Of a stretch of 64,000 nucleotides of DNA, positions 26,068-41,151 are shown piece by piece (position 1 is the stretch's first letter; the number at the start of each line of letters is the position of its first letter). Source of the stretch: Octopus vulgaris (taxonomy: Eukaryota); the NCBI GenBank assembly GCA_951406725.2, contig OX597824.1:42470001-42534000 (forward strand), given 5' to 3'. A program made the position numbers and the translations under genes. A model generated the notes under the pieces. That model saw only the letters and a list, made by a program, of their open reading frames with translations, had not been told where the DNA came from and did no database searches.

Positions 26068-27808
26068 GGTGCAGACGTGACTGTATAGTAAAGAATTTGT
26101 TTCCCAAAAACATGGTCTCGGTTCAGTCTCATTCCGTGGTACTTTGAGAAAATTTATTCTACTCTAGCCGATCAAAACTTCGTGAGTGGATTTGGTTGAC
26201 GGAAACTGGAAAGAAGCCCGCTGTATCTAACTAATCTATTTGCCTATCTTTGCGCGCACGCGCGTGTTTCTGTTTGTCCTCCGACCACCGCTTGACAACC
26301 GATATTGTTTTATACCCCTGTAATCTAGCAGTTTGATGAAAGTGACCGATAGAATAAGTAACCGATTGTTAGAAAATAAGTTCGCCTAACACCTTCAAAG
26401 ATAAAAGGCCAAGTTGACCTCGGAGAATTTGGACTTTGAATGAAAAGACAAACGAAATACTGTTCAGCATTTTGTCCGGCGCGCTAAAGATTCTGCCAGC
26501 CTGTTCTCTAACTCGTATTTCTGATATTATTTCTATTATAAGCACGAGGCCTGAAATTTTGTGAAGAGTGGTGAGTTAATCGATTACATCGATCCCTGTG
26601 TTTAACAGGTACTACTTATCGGTACCAAAAGGATGAAAGACAAAGTCGAAAGCGGTGGTATTTGAACTCAGAACGAGTCTGCCAGCTTCTCACCTTACTG
26701 GTATCAGTAATATCGGTTTCCAATTTTAGCTCGAAGCCAGCAGTTTCGGAGGTGGGTGTAAGTCGATTACATCAACCTCATTGTTCAACTAGTACTTAAT
26801 TTATCGACCCCGAAAGGATGAAAGGCAAAGTTGACCTCAGCGGAATTTGAACTCAGAACATAAAGACGGACGAAGTACCGCTAAACATTTTGCTCAGCAT
26901 GCAAACGATTCTGCCAGCTCGCTGCCTTAACTGCTATTTGTAATATCACTTACATGAAGACATTAATTCACTCTTCGCAGTATTGTATCTACATGACTAT
27001 ATTGATATCAGTACTGTTTCTGGTTGTCCAACTCATTCCTTAGCATTAAAAAATTTCGCTTTCAAATGCGTCTGTGTGGGAAGGGAAAGAGAGATTAAGG
27101 GGAAGCGTGTCCGTGTATGTAATATAAGAAGTTAGCATGTTAGCATGTGAGAGTGTAGGAGTGTGTCAGTATTATACGGTTTAGATGATGGACATCCAGC
27201 ACTGAAATTCTATCTCAAAAGACTTTTGACCCAGCTTCTCCTAATATATCTCTTACACTCTAATCCTTTCAAATGTAATTAATTAATCCTTGGCTGTCAG
27301 GCCTAATCTGTTGCCCGGTTTAACGCTACTAGCTGACCCCTTTGGCGCCATTAACGGAGATATTTTGTTGCTTGATTTCTAACTCATTGGTCTGAGCATA
27401 ATTTGATATATTCATGCCCGGCTTCCTACTGCAACAACCCACATATTAAACGAAGAAACTTCTGTACAACTAAGCAACTAAACCCTTCTCTAAGTAAACC
27501 ATTCTGTTTTTAAAAGAGAAACTGATAACTGGATAAAGTTGTCTCGGAACATTATTCCGAATAAAAAGCCATGAGAACAACTACATAAACCAGAAAAACA
27601 ACAATAATAAATAACCCATTCACTATGGCTACTTCTTTTTGTTTTTCCAGTAGTGTCAATGGTGCTAGAGAAACTTGAAGACGGTGTCAATCTCTTTCTT
27701 TTTCTTTCTCCCTCGCTCTCTCTCTCTCTCTCTCTGTATTTATATATATATAAGCATGTATGTGAGTGTATGTGTATTCATAAATACATACATATATGTA
27801 TACATATC

Positions 27809-27964
<156 letters not shown>

Positions 27965-28216
27965 GATATGCGTATATTTATGTGTATATCTACATCTGGC
28001 CTTTTTATCAAGTAAGGAGCCCTGTCAATGGTCTCATCTTTGTGTATAAAAAATATTTTATACACTCTTATAAGTTTAAAAGTATGTTATATCTTTTTAC
28101 TTTTATTTATGCATGCTAACCACTGGTAATAAATTATTCAATTCATTACACTCAGATTTACGATTATATATGCATACATCCACACACATATATATAAATA
28201 CATATATATATGTGTG

Positions 28217-28278
<62 letters not shown>

Positions 28279-28317
28279 TGTATGAATGTATACATGCATA
28301 CATACACATTGAAGATA

Positions 28318-28545
28318 TATTGTGGATATGTGAGTAGAATGTCGCAGGAAAGAATCACAAGACGGATTTTACAAGCCGAGACAACCAACAGCACACTAGA
28401 GGTAGAGAAAGAACGAACAGGTTGGATAAGATTCATAGTCTCGGTTTCTTATGCTTAGGAATCCAACCAGAAGGCCTAATGATGGTTGCTTCTGATAGGG
28501 CCCTATAGAGGACATGCCTGAGGACTCTACCCCCATAGCCCTACC
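28318..28545 (+). mobile_element. RTE (Expander/Rex3-like) LINE 3' fragment
   Basis: YCGYVSRMSQERITRRILQAE..RGR...LGIQPE.LMMVASDRA, frameshifted. Confidence 0.7.
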
Positions 28546-29149
28546 AGGAACCATAGAGATTGACACCTATCACGAACCAAATCATGTGGTTCTAAGTAAC
28601 TACAATTTGGCATCGAAGTATGTTTATTCCACAAGTTATTGTTTTCCCCCTTGAGTTTACAAAATTAGGGAAAGGTGAGAAATATTCTATATCTTCCATA
28701 TTTGATATTTTAACTTTTCTTCAAAGTTAAGGTTAAAGTTACTTTGTCTCAGATAAATATATTTGAGTTATTTACATATGACTTCTGCAAATTTTCAAAA
28801 TCAAAACGAAGGCGGTAACCTAGTAGAATTGTTAGTACCTCGGACAAAATGCATAACGGCATTTCTTCCGTCCGACTTCACATTCTGAGGTCAACTTTGC
28901 CTTCCATCCTTTCTGGATCAATAAAACAAATACCAGTTGAGCAACGGAGTTGATGTAATCGACTAACCCCGTCCCCCAATATTTCAGGTTTCGTGCTTAT
29001 GATAGAAAGACATATCACAACCGTCTTTGATGTTGCCTTAATATAATAACAAGCGTTATTAAAAGTAATCAAAAACAGCTAAGTAATACCATGACTTTTG
29101 CAACTAATTTCTTTTCATTTTTTTTTTTTTGCACAATGAAATATAGCTG

Positions 29150-30540
29150 TTGCAAAGCAAACAAGTAAAGAAGTATAGGCAGTATGGTCAGGAACACGAG
29201 GGGTGCTGAAGAGATCCTTGTTTGAAGAGTATCGCAAAAGGCTTGGTTGGAGGCTCAGACTTCCGAGTTCTTTTACAGGGCTTGGAAAAACTGAAGAACC
29301 GCTGCAATAAATGTGTGAATCCGAGAGGGGAATAGAATGAATAAAATCATAACCAACTGATCCTCCTGTAATTTCTTTTACAAAAAGCCAGGAACTTCTC
29401 AGCATCTCCTTGTATCATCAAATATCTTACAGTAAACCAATGTGTCTAATGTGCGGAAAATTCTTTTCAAATAAAATCATGAAACCTTACAAGCGTCTTT
29501 AACATTTGAAGAAAATACCCACTGCAAAAGTAAACAAAACTTTGCGTATTTCCAATCACTTCTAAGAAGTTTTCAGAAACGGAAAACCATTGGAAATATG
29601 TTAGCTAGCAATTCACAACAATATAGCGATAGTTTGCACGTATCATGCATTTCATTGCCAATTGCTAGATCTCGTCATTCTCATGCAACTGGAGATGAGC
29701 TTATTCTGCTAGCAAATAGAGAGGTTTTGAGAATTTTACACAAGTAACTTGATCAGCTTATCAAAACCATAGACGGATAAGATGGACAAAAAGAGCTAAA
29801 AACTTTGAAGGCAAATAGTGAAACATACTTTGGACAACAAAATATCTTATAGTTAGTCGAGTCCACTCAGCCAGGCAATACCAGTTTGTTTCTTGCTTAT
29901 ATTCGTTTTGTCAAAAATGAACGTTTGGTTCAAGAGCTGGGATTTCCACAAATAGAAAAGGGGAAACAGTATTTCGTGTCGTTGAGATATTTTTCAAAAA
30001 GAAAGACATCCCAATCATCAACATTCTTGCTGCTCGTGCAAAAGACGGAGCAACACCAATAGTAAGTCGTCATTGTGACGTTATCAGTTTACTGGGGAAA
30101 TATGTACACGTTTACGGTGCACTGTACTCGTTTAACACCCAGGTAACATCTAATTGTAAAAAGAAACCCATGTAGTAGACTTCACAAATCGTTGAGCACA
30201 GTTTATTCCAGCAATAAATAAAACCAAGGCACGTGGTCTCAATTCCTGACTTTTTCAATAGCTCTGTACTGAGAATGGCGAAGATTCTGAATGCTTGTTG
30301 TTGCACACAGAAGTTTGATGGTTGTCGAAATGAAAGTATCTAAGACGTTTCTGTACAGTATTTAAGGTAGTTGTTTGCATTCTTCAAAGAGCCTAATTCT
30401 GTTCTCTGCGATGAACTAAAACCAACAAGCATGATATTGCTTACCTGGTAGATGTATTCAGGAAGTTCAACAAAGTTCATTTACAACTCTTAGGAAATAT
30501 GTTTAACCATATCAAAGTTAGATCTATCAGCTTCTTTCTA
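29150..30540 (+). pseudogene. Decayed hAT (Buster/Charlie, ZBED5/SCAND3-like) transposase
   Basis: Collinear motifs across stops and frameshifts: YRQY; PMCLMCGKFFSNKIMKP..HLKK (BED finger); IARSRHSHATGDELIL; ESTQPGNTSLFLAYIRF; KGETVF; KDGA; VHC; LLLHTEV*WLSK; DIAYLVDVFRKFN..HLQL. Confidence 0.88.
29194..29414. mobile_element. Mariner-like MITE nested in the hAT transposase
   Basis: Imperfect TIRs (c)acgagggggtgctgaagagatcc / ccaggaacttctcagcatctccttgta with a TA-type end; interrupts the transposase N-terminus. Confidence 0.65.
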
Positions 30541-31041
30541 AGCAAATAAACAAACTGAAAATTACTGAATGCGGAAAGCTAAAACTACTTTCTTAGTATT
30601 TTTCAGTCTGATGCTGAGAAACTGATATCACAGCACCAAGCACATCCATCTCATTAAACACGTGGGGAAAACTATAGTTACAGTCGTGATGTAAATTTAC
30701 TCTAACTTGGCAACGAGACAAAAAGGGATTTCCTATGTTAAGTTGCTTTGGATTTGCAGTAAAAGGAGGTATCTCTTAGTTGGGGCTGGTAGACGGAAAG
30801 GATGGACCTAGAGCCGAGGAGGCAGTAGCCCCCCCCCCCCAAACAAAAGAAAAATTTGAAACAACGCGACTAAACCCTTCAAAGCAGGCGGTACATTAGT
30901 ATGGGGCCGCAGTCCAATAATTGAAATAAAATATTCAGTTCTGTTGATGACAAGAAAGAGAGATGACAAAAGAATAATGAACTTCATTAGCTTAAAGTTG
31001 TGCCTAAGGTAAAATACACACACACACACATCGGTATATAT

Positions 31042-31204
31042 CGGCGCAGGCGTGACTGAGTGGTAAGAAGCTTCCTACCCAACCACATGGTTCTTGGTCC
31101 AGGCCTTTTGCGTGACACATTGGGCAAGTGTTTTCTATTATAGCCTCGGGCAGACTAAAGCATTGTGAGTGGATCTGGTAGACGGAAACTGAAAGAAGCC
31201 CGTT

Positions 31205-31244
<40 letters not shown>

Positions 31245-31543
31245 GTGTATGTATGTATGTATGTATGTATGTATGTATGTATGTATGTATGTATGTATGT
31301 ATGTATGCATGTATGTATATATCTATGTGTGTGTCCTTGTGTCTGTCTCCAAACACTGCTTGACAGCCAGTGGTGGTATGTTTACATCCCATAACTTAGC
31401 GGTCCGGTAAAAGACACCGATAGAATAAATACCAGGCTTAAAAGGATAAGTACTGAGGTCGATTCATTCGACTAAAAATTCCCCAAAGTGGTGCCCCAGC
31501 ATGGCCGCAGTCTAATGACTGAAACAAGTAAAAAGTAAAAAGT
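31042..31543 (+). mobile_element. SINE family A
   Basis: Head, microsatellite and tail. Other partial family A copies at about 23620-23775, 25320-25490, 26067-26400, 42900-43110, 44395-44597, 45290-45580, 46135-46280, 48210-48380, 63105-63270 and 63915-64000. Confidence 0.8.
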
Positions 31544-32324
31544 ATATGTATATATATATACACACATAAACATTTGCCTATTGAACTTTTACTGACTTCG
31601 GCATTACTGCATTACTGGCAACACTCATCTCTCAAAATATTCAGTTCTGTTGATGACAATTTAGTCCTTTGTTTGTGTCATTCAAGAACAAACTAGTCCA
31701 ACCACGTGTCACCCATTCTAGTAATAGATCTCTGCCATTCACTATATCATTTAATTATTTAGTTATTCTCATATGGCAGGAAGTTCACTTTTTCCAACCA
31801 TCACCTTGGCAATCCATCAATACAGAGGCTTTCCGGATGGGTATTTAGCATCAATATATCTTCATCTTCTCTTCTATCTTTACAAGGTCAAGTCAGATAC
31901 AACTGTTTAGAATTTACCATACTTTCACCAACCATTTAAAATATCTTTTGTGTTTATTTCGAGATTCCTACCCGCCACCATGGTTTGTCCCAACGTTTAC
32001 ATTCTTTATGATTGGCTATTAATCTTTTAGCTCCCGTTTATCTTTTGATAAAACCACTTTTGTTTCTCGTCTATATTGTATCTTTTATTATTAAAATCTA
32101 CCGTCATTTGAGCCACGAGACTTTGCTTACTATGCTAGGTTCATAATTTTTCAACATACGTACATTATTTTAATTAACGACTCTATATTTCTTTGGCATA
32201 TTACTATGCCAAAGAAGTTTCGCTTTTTGCTGTTATTTTTTTCTTTTTAAAATGTTACTGCTTAACCTTGTTAATTACTATTTTAATTCCCACCTTCTCG
32301 TAGTCTTCAATATTCACTTGTCTC

Positions 32325-32882
32325 AAGGCGGCGAGCTGGCAGAAACGTTAGCACGCCGGGCGAAACGCCTAGCGGTATTTCGTCTGCCGTTACGTTCTGA
32401 GTTCAAATTCCGCCGTGGTCGACTTTGTCTTTCATCCTTTCGGGGTCGAAAAAGTAAGTACCAGTTACGCACTGATGTCGACGTAATCGACTTAATCCGT
32501 TTGTCTGTCCTTGTTTGTCCTCTCTGTGTTTAGCCCCTTGTGGGTAGTAAAGAAATAGGTATTTTGTCTGCCGCTACGTTCTGAGTTCAAATTCCGCCGA
32601 GGTCGACTTTGCCTTTCATCCTTTCGGGAATGATTAAATAAATACCAGTTACGCACTGGGGTCGATATAATCGACTTAATCCGTTTGTCTGTCCTTGTTG
32701 TTCTCTCTGTGTTTAGCCCCTTGTGGGTAGTAAAGAAATGGGTATTTCGTCCGCCGAAGTTGACTTTGCCTTTCATCCTTTCGAGATCGATAAATTGAGT
32801 GCCAGTTGCGTACTGGAGTCGATCTAATCGATTGGTCCCCTCCCCGAAAATTTCGAGCCTTGTCCCTAGAATAGAAAAGAGT
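32325..32882 (+). mobile_element. SINE family B with internally tandem-repeated unit of about 184 bp (about 3x)
   Basis: Unit gtatttcgtctgccg..gttcaaattccgcc..ccccttgtgggtagtaaagaaatag recurs at about 32375, 32558 and 32742. Confidence 0.85.
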
Positions 32883-33179
32883 ATTTACTAGTCTGTCTTG
32901 ACAGTTCTAATATATCCTCTTACCATGTTATCTTTATTTATAATTGCCTTAATCTTCAGTTTGTCTACATTTTTCTTAATTAGTTAAAAAAATGTTTTGT
33001 TTTTAATTTGTCTACATAATTCCAAGAAAAAAATTCTCTAAATTCTTCTTTCCATTCTATATCGTTGTGTTTTCTCAAGGACTCCTAAAATTTTATCTAT
33101 ACATATTTGTTCTCTATTTTTCACTTCAGACGTTATTTTCTGATATCCGTAAATAAATAGTATTGGGAACATACTCTGA

Positions 33180-33527
33180 TATTGCCATACTTGGGGATGC
33201 ATGCGGAGATTACAAAGAACTGGAAAAGCTGGAGAAATACACACTACTAAAAGACGAAATGGACAGTCGGGGCACTAACAACTAGGTTCGAGAAATATTT
33301 CGCAGAAATTGATATAAGGGCAGAACAGCCCCCAAAATTGCTCTATTGGACAGGTAAGATCTTGAGATTGGTGCTTGAATGTTGAGTTTCTTCCACGTTA
33401 AGTTAACATCCAAGTACCAAAGCTTATAATTTACGGAAAGAGACTCTGTGAGATCTCTGACAACAGGTTGTTGTATGCTCTCACAGAATCAACCAGACTG
33501 AAGCTCTGACAGATAAAATAATAATCC
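33180..33527 (+). mobile_element. Decayed 3' end of a third R4/Dong-like REL LINE
   Basis: Frameshifted translation DIAILGDA..KELEKLEKY.LLKDE..VGAL..KIALL..KILRLVLEC*, then a 3'UTR ending in ataataat. Confidence 0.7.
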
Positions 33528-34807
33528 TTTCTACTTGGATCTGTTCTTAGAGAACAGTAGGCCGGAACAATTATCGCAAGACATTTCGTCTAATGCTCAA
33601 ATTTTTCTAGCAACCCACTGCTCTAAACTGCTTCTTTATTTCATCAACTTTAGAAGAATGAAGATTATAGTTTGCCATAGCGGGATTTGAACTCAGAACG
33701 CAGAGATTCACAACAAATGCCGTGAAACATTTACTCCTATAAACTCAAACAACTTTTCTTATTCTGAACGACTATTCTGTAAACAATTCTATTTTCGTGT
33801 GCCTGCTTGTTGTCCTAACTCGAATAGATACTGCTTGATTTATGAACTTATTTTCCACTTGTCGTTCAGTTTCTTTGCAAGGGAAAGGAATCATTTAGTC
33901 TCTACCATGATTTTTGTCAAGTTGGTGAAATATTTTTGTTGATATTCAATATACTTTCAATTCCAACAAGTAGTTGTTGTTTTCTTTTAATATTCATACA
34001 CCGAACTATTTCGATATAATCGTTCTCGTCGATGCGAAGTAATTTAGAGATATATAATTACATTACATTTAGGTAAATTATATTACATTTAGGCAACAAT
34101 CAAGAAGGAAAAACTAGAAATTGACAATAGTAAATAGATAGAAATACTTTATTAAAATTCAAACGGTTCATAACTTAGATCGGACAGCAAGAAAGAGTTT
34201 TAGATTCTTCCATAATTAATCGGTGGTGATGGTTGATAGTTTGAAAGGTGATCATGGGAAAGGTGATCATGGGTAACTGGAGTAGATAGGAAGAATGGAT
34301 GTGCAAAATACTGAGAAAATCAAAATAATACAGAAGAAAAGGTCGTCAAAAGAAGAGTGAAGCAAGAAGCATGTGATGTGGTCAAAGGTGTAGCAAGGAC
34401 AGAATCTCCGGTCACAGTGAACGTCATCTCCAGAGAAAAAAGTCCCGTGAACTTGTTCACATTGATACGTGACCTACTTTAAATTGAGCGGCGAAGGTGG
34501 TGTGGAATGGAGAAAGTGGAGAGAATGGAGTGACTAAAGAAGCAAGTGTACATGAATATAAGGGAGAAGTAGAGTGAATATGCGTAAATAGAGAGGGGGA
34601 CAACGAGAGAGAGTGAGTGACGGAGCAAGAAAGCGAGAGATATTTTAGAAAGACTATCAGTCAGAGAATATGTGATTGTATGTGTCTTTCTTGATGTATG
34701 TGTTAATGTCTGTTTATGTGATTATTTAGGGAAATATAAGAGTGGCAGAGAGGCGAAGAGGCGAAAGAGAAGAGTGATGATCAACCGAAAGAAAAGGGAG
34801 AGATTAT

Positions 34808-34845
<38 letters not shown>

Positions 34846-36307
34846 AGAGCGAGAGTGTATGCAGAGAGGGAGAGAGTATGAAGAGAGAAGAGAGAGTATT
34901 AAGAGAGGAAGAGAGTATGAAGAGAGGGAGAGAGTATGAAGAGAGAGGGTGGTCAAGAAATGAAAGTGTGTCTGTGTGTGTGTGAGTGTAGGTGATACGA
35001 GTCTATTCAAATACGTTTAAAGTCTGACTAGTCAATACTTACACCTGTGCGATCCTTTCTTATCAGTCTCTCCATCTATCTCTGTCTATACAAAAATTCT
35101 TATAATTATGAGTATAATTATAATTAGGGTTCAGCAAAACATGTGCTTCACCACATACCGAAATTTAGAAATTTTAAAGCTAGTTGTTTCTGCATGAAGT
35201 AGTGTCTCACTTTCACGTGCCCTTTGCTCCAATATCTCCAGTCGTCCACGAGAATGAACACATAAAAATCCCCATCTCTGGCACAATTCGTATGAAAACT
35301 AAAGGACGCCAACTGGCAGGCTCTCCAACAACGTGAAATATTACGTATTTCATATCAGTGCACTGTTTCAATGGATCCTTGCTATGATTCAACGCACCAC
35401 CAATTATAGTGTATATGCATGTAATATCAGCCTAATGTGATTTAGTTCTGAACACTAGTTTTATGCATGTAACCATTTATCATAGCACCACGCTATTATA
35501 AGACTATGAGAAGGATAGGTAGTATATATTTGCTTTTGCTTATTTTCTTATTCACATTACGAAGTATAATGATATTATTGTTGTTGTTCGTCGTCGTCTT
35601 CTTCTTCTTCTTCTTCTTCTTCTTCTTCTTCTTCTTCTTCTTCTTCTTCTTCTTCTTCTTCTTCTTCTTCTTCTTCTTCTTCTTCTTCTTCTTCTTCTTG
35701 CCAATGTCATTGTTGTAGCTAACAAGTAGTTTATCACAACATTACAATAATCTTTTGTAAAATCTTTAGATAGGAGACGAAGAGTAAAAACTGTACAGAT
35801 GCATCTATCACTACCTTCCTACTTTGTCTCCAATATTCAGGCGATGGTCCCGCCCACTTTCAGAAGCATTACTTTCATGGGTCACAGAACCTTAGTCCCA
35901 GTACCCGAAGCAGCCTATGATTATTTTTTCATTGGTGGTCAGAGATATTGTTCAATTGCTGCCACCAAATGAAGCTCTTTCTGAAAAGTTTTCCAGCCGC
36001 CCTGAATTCGCAATCCATAAAAATTGACTTTAGTCATTTTGATTCGGTTTCGCAGAATAAATAACATTGACTACTATCATCTTTGACTGAATTGCTTCCC
36101 TCTTCACAAAAATATCCTAAGAAACAGGAGCATTCCCATTTGTATATCAACAAAAAAATTATGTGACCGACCTTACAAGTCCTTTACAAATCTAATAACT
36201 TCTGCCATAATTCGCAATATTGTCTGACTAAGCACATGCATATATTTCATGTGTGCTCCTGTGAAACTTCGACAAACTGAATCCTTCACTGGAATTTATT
36301 CATGGGT

Positions 36308-36693
36308 GGATGGAAGCACTCCGTCGGTTCCGACGACGAGGGTTCCGGTTGATCCGATCAACGGAACAGTCTGCTCGTGAAATTAACGTGTAAGTGGCTG
36401 AGCACTCCACAGACACGTGTACCCTTAACGTAGTTCTCGGGGATATTCAGCGTGACACAGAGAGTGACAAGGCCGGCCCTTTGAAATACAGGTACAACAG
36501 AAACAGGAAGTAAGAGTGAGAGAAAGTTGTGGTGAAAGAGTACAGCAGGGATCACCACCATCCCTGCCGGAGCCTCGTGGAGCTTTAGGTGTTTTCGCTC
36601 AATAAACACTCACAACGCCCGGTCTGGGAATCGAAACCGCGATCCTACGACCGCGAGTCCGCTGCCCTAACCACTGGGCCATTGCGCCTCCAC
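36308..36693 (-). mobile_element. Full-length tRNA-derived SINE (family C) with 13-bp TSD
   Basis: Head gtggaggcgcaatggcccagtggttagg..gtttcgattccc (A/B boxes); TSD tttattcatgggt; near-identical to 58851-59236. Confidence 0.9.
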
Positions 36694-37448
36694 TTTATTC
36701 ATGGGTATTGTATGGTCGACCCTACACGCCTCCCAGTTTATCGTCAGTATCCGGTCCTTGGGTACTTTTAGATAGTGGCGTCCACTTTGTTGCAAGCTTC
36801 ACGACCTGAGTCCCTGCTACCTTTTTATTTACATTTTTCAGCAGTTATTGCACCTTAAATTGGTAAGACAAGATATTGGTCACCAGTCTGGATGGACGTG
36901 GGAATGCCATGAAGCAATGCCCTTTCTCCTCTGAATAATTTCATAGCAACAAAAAGAGAAAAATAGAGAAAAACATAAATGAGGAAGTCGACGGAAACTG
37001 GAATTGAACCCTGAACCCCGAAGTTTCAAATCCGAAACCTGTAAAGCTCACACCACCACCAACTCTAAATTCAATTCTAATATCAATGCCAGGGCCATTC
37101 TCCCCCACCACACTCCGGCGTTCTCTGCTGCTGTCTTGGCCGTCTGCAATGCCCTGAGAAAAAAATGTTTGAGATATTAACAACCATTGGAAGCTATTTA
37201 TTATTGGAAAGATAAAGGAGATTCGGAAGAGGGAAGACGAAACTGGCTGGCAGAAAAGGAAGTGGGGGGTGGTGTGATAAGATAGGCAGGAAGAAGTGTT
37301 GGTGGGAGTAGGATAGGGCAGTGAGGTTGAATGACGGAGAAAGATGTGTGGTAGAACGACGTGGAGAAGAAGAAGAAGAAGAAGAAGAAGAAGAAGAAGA
37401 GCCGATGATGACGACGACGACGATGACGACGACGACGACGACGACGAC

Positions 37449-37489
<41 letters not shown>

Positions 37490-38005
37490 GGAGGAGGATG
37501 ATGATGATGATGATGAACAATAACGAAATGAAGATGGACAAATAATTTGAAGCAAGCTGTACAACATCAAGGTAAATAATAAATAGAACTACAAGAAGGT
37601 GGCGGTGATGGAGGATTGTGATGATGATGATAGTGGGATCGTGGAGCTGCTGATGATAGGGATGGTTGCTGGGGGTGCTGTTGTATTCGCTAGAGGTATG
37701 GTAACATAGTGACTTGCATGTTATCGTTTGATCCCAAGACGAGCTTTCTCCAGTAGATCTACCTAAGTTCGAAGACGTTCCAGGCATCGCGGTTTTTCTA
37801 TACATCAGGGTCTGTAATTTTCAATGTACCACTTTTCCTTTATTTAAAACAGTAAGATACGATTTGAAGGATATTTCGCTGCTATGTTTTGCAGTCAGTG
37901 ACCATATAGAGGTCTTCTATCTCGTCCTTCTCAACGGAGATGTTAATACCATTCATGAAAAACTTTTGTTTTTCATATATGTGTGAGTGAGTGCGTGTGA
38001 GTATG

Positions 38006-38043
<38 letters not shown>

Positions 38044-38624
38044 CGAGAATGTGCGTGCATGTATATGCATGATATATATGTCTGTGTATATGTATATTAT
38101 ATGTGGGTATTATATATATATATATCTAATGCAGGATAAAATTTTTCGAAAAAAATTCTATCAATGGTCAGCATATTAAGAAAATACCTTTAAAGGTTAA
38201 ATTTATAAACACTTTATAAGTAAGAGCAAAAGAAAAAATTTCTAATGCCAAAATATGCCAAAAATAGACACAACGTCAATAACCATTATACTTCGTCACT
38301 ACAAGCACATATATTATGTGTGTGTGTGTGTGTGTGTAAGAATATGTATATTTATATAAATATGCACACGCACATACATATGCACATACATACGCACATA
38401 CACGCACATACAAACACGCACATACATACGCACACATACACGCATAATTCTGAGGCGTATAGAGATTTGTGTGTTTGTACATGTTTATGCGTGTGTGTTG
38501 TGTGTCTATGTTTGAGTGTGTGTGTACGTGTAACTGTGTATGTGCGCGTATGTATGTGTGTACAATACACATGTTCATGTGTAGATGTGTGTCTGTATAT
38601 AGACATGTGCGCCTATATGTGCTC

Positions 38625-38690
<66 letters not shown>

Positions 38691-39278
38691 GTATCTGTGC
38701 AAGTGTATTTGTATTTGTATGTGAGTGGGTTTGTGCTTGTGTGTATGTGTGCGTCTGTGTGTGTGTGTGTGTGTGTCTGTCTGTCTGTGCGTGTGTCTGT
38801 GTGTTCGTGTGTGCGTTTCTGCAAGCGTGTGTGTTAGAATCAAGCGTTGCGATCTGGAAGTGACATATTTTAGCCTTGAGCTGTGATTAATTGTCTACCA
38901 CCACCACCACCACCACCATCACTTCCATTACCACCGCCATCATTACTAACATTACAAACACCTCCTCCTCCCTCTCATATCCCATGCCTCCACATCAGCA
39001 TCATGAGATGCGCCGCTGGATTGTTGTGACGGAAGATCGACTACTTTCGCTTGACACATTGCCACAGAAACAACATAAGACGGCCGCCATTCTACAGATC
39101 TTGTTGTTCTCGTTGCTGTCGATTTTGTTTTGATTTTCTTAATTTTTTTGGCAAATTTTTTTTATTGAATTTTTGTTCTTTTCCAATTGCATTGTTTTCC
39201 TTTTATTCTCTATTTTAAGCGCGCTTTTCCTCCTTGCTGTCTCATCGTCGTCGTCGTCGTCATCATCATCACCACAAC

Positions 39279-39372
<94 letters not shown>

Positions 39373-40510
39373 TTCATCATCATCATCAGCAGCAGCAGCA
39401 GCATCTTCTCACCGCCACCATCACCACCACCACCATCATCATCATCGCTGTCGTTGTCGTTCCCGCTGTCGTCGCCGTACTCCTACTCCAACTCCTTCTC
39501 TTTCCCACTGACTCTTCCAAATCTCTCCTTTCTATTCCTCCCCCTCCTCACCTTCCCCCTCCTCTTCCTACATCTCCTCACCCTAACCCTCCCCCCTCTT
39601 CATCATCATCACCACCACCATCTTCAACGCTGTAAAATAAGAGTTGAGAACACTTAACAACAACTACAACAATAGCAGAAACGATAGTGTCAACAGCAAC
39701 AGTGACAACGTTAATAATGAAACTACCACAAACAACATACAACAGCAACAACGACAACAACAACAACAACAACAACAACAGGAGAAGAAGAAGAAGAAGA
39801 AGAAGAACAACAACAACAACAATTATTGTGAAACTGCCAAAAGCCGATAACTAAACAAATAAGCAAATTAGTTGATGATTAAAATATATTAAATTACATT
39901 GTTCTTAACGATTCTACGCATATGCTCAGACACACAGACACACATATACACGCATGTGTGTGTGTTTGTGTTTGTGTGTGTTGTTTGTGTACTTGTGTGT
40001 GTATATGTGTGTCTATGATATGTTCATTTAAAAGTTTACATGTGAGAATACATATGGTCATGTAATTTATATCGTGTTTGGTTTATTTGCTTGCCGTTGT
40101 CGATGCTGTACGTACACACTTACATACATAGATACATACACAAACACACGCACACACACACACATACACACACATACACACACACGCACACATATATATG
40201 CATGTATGTATATATATATAACATATATATATATATACATATATATATGCATATATATATATACATACATACATATATATATGCATATATATATATACAT
40301 ACATACATATATATATGTATATATATATATAGCATATATATGCATGTGTGTGTTACTACATGAGTTATACGCATCTACATATTCTTTTTATTCGCGTAAG
40401 TACATATAGATCTATGAGTGTATGTACATATGTATGCATACGTATATGTACATACGTATGCGCAACGGGATGTATACATGTCAGTACATATATATAATAT
40501 ATATATATGC

Positions 40511-40573
<63 letters not shown>

Positions 40574-40938
40574 TGTATGTATGTATGTATGTATGTTCGT
40601 ACGTGTACAGGGATGTATGCACATGCATGAGGACATGCAAATATAGAGGGAACTAGGCAAGGCAACACTTTTATCTTGAAATCATGTCATGTTTTATTGG
40701 CACCATCTTGTTATTCCCCCAACAACCATCCCACCCGACACACCCGATAACCATCCAGCCCACTTCATTACTCACCAGCCGGTACTTCTCTACATCCCAT
40801 CTCTGATTGTTCTTCTTCATCTTGAAGCTCCACCCAACTTTCACACCACCCGTTTATCTTTCATTAAGTTTTTAGTATTATTTTTCTTTGATTGCATACC
40901 CAGTCACTCTGTCAAAATCTCGTGCTTGTATATATATT

Positions 40939-40981
<43 letters not shown>

Positions 40982-41086
40982 ATAATTATAAATATATATA
41001 TCATATACGTCTGTATATATACATGTATGTATGTATGTATGCACACATGCAAATACATAGAACATTGTTTCGCATGCTTAAGCACA

Positions 41087-41151
<65 letters not shown>

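Noticed and set aside
36620-36693. tRNA-like sequence (also at 59163-59236, 42011-42080 and 9460-9533)
   Set aside because: These are SINE heads followed by SINE bodies (with TSDs at three of the four loci), not stand-alone tRNA genes.
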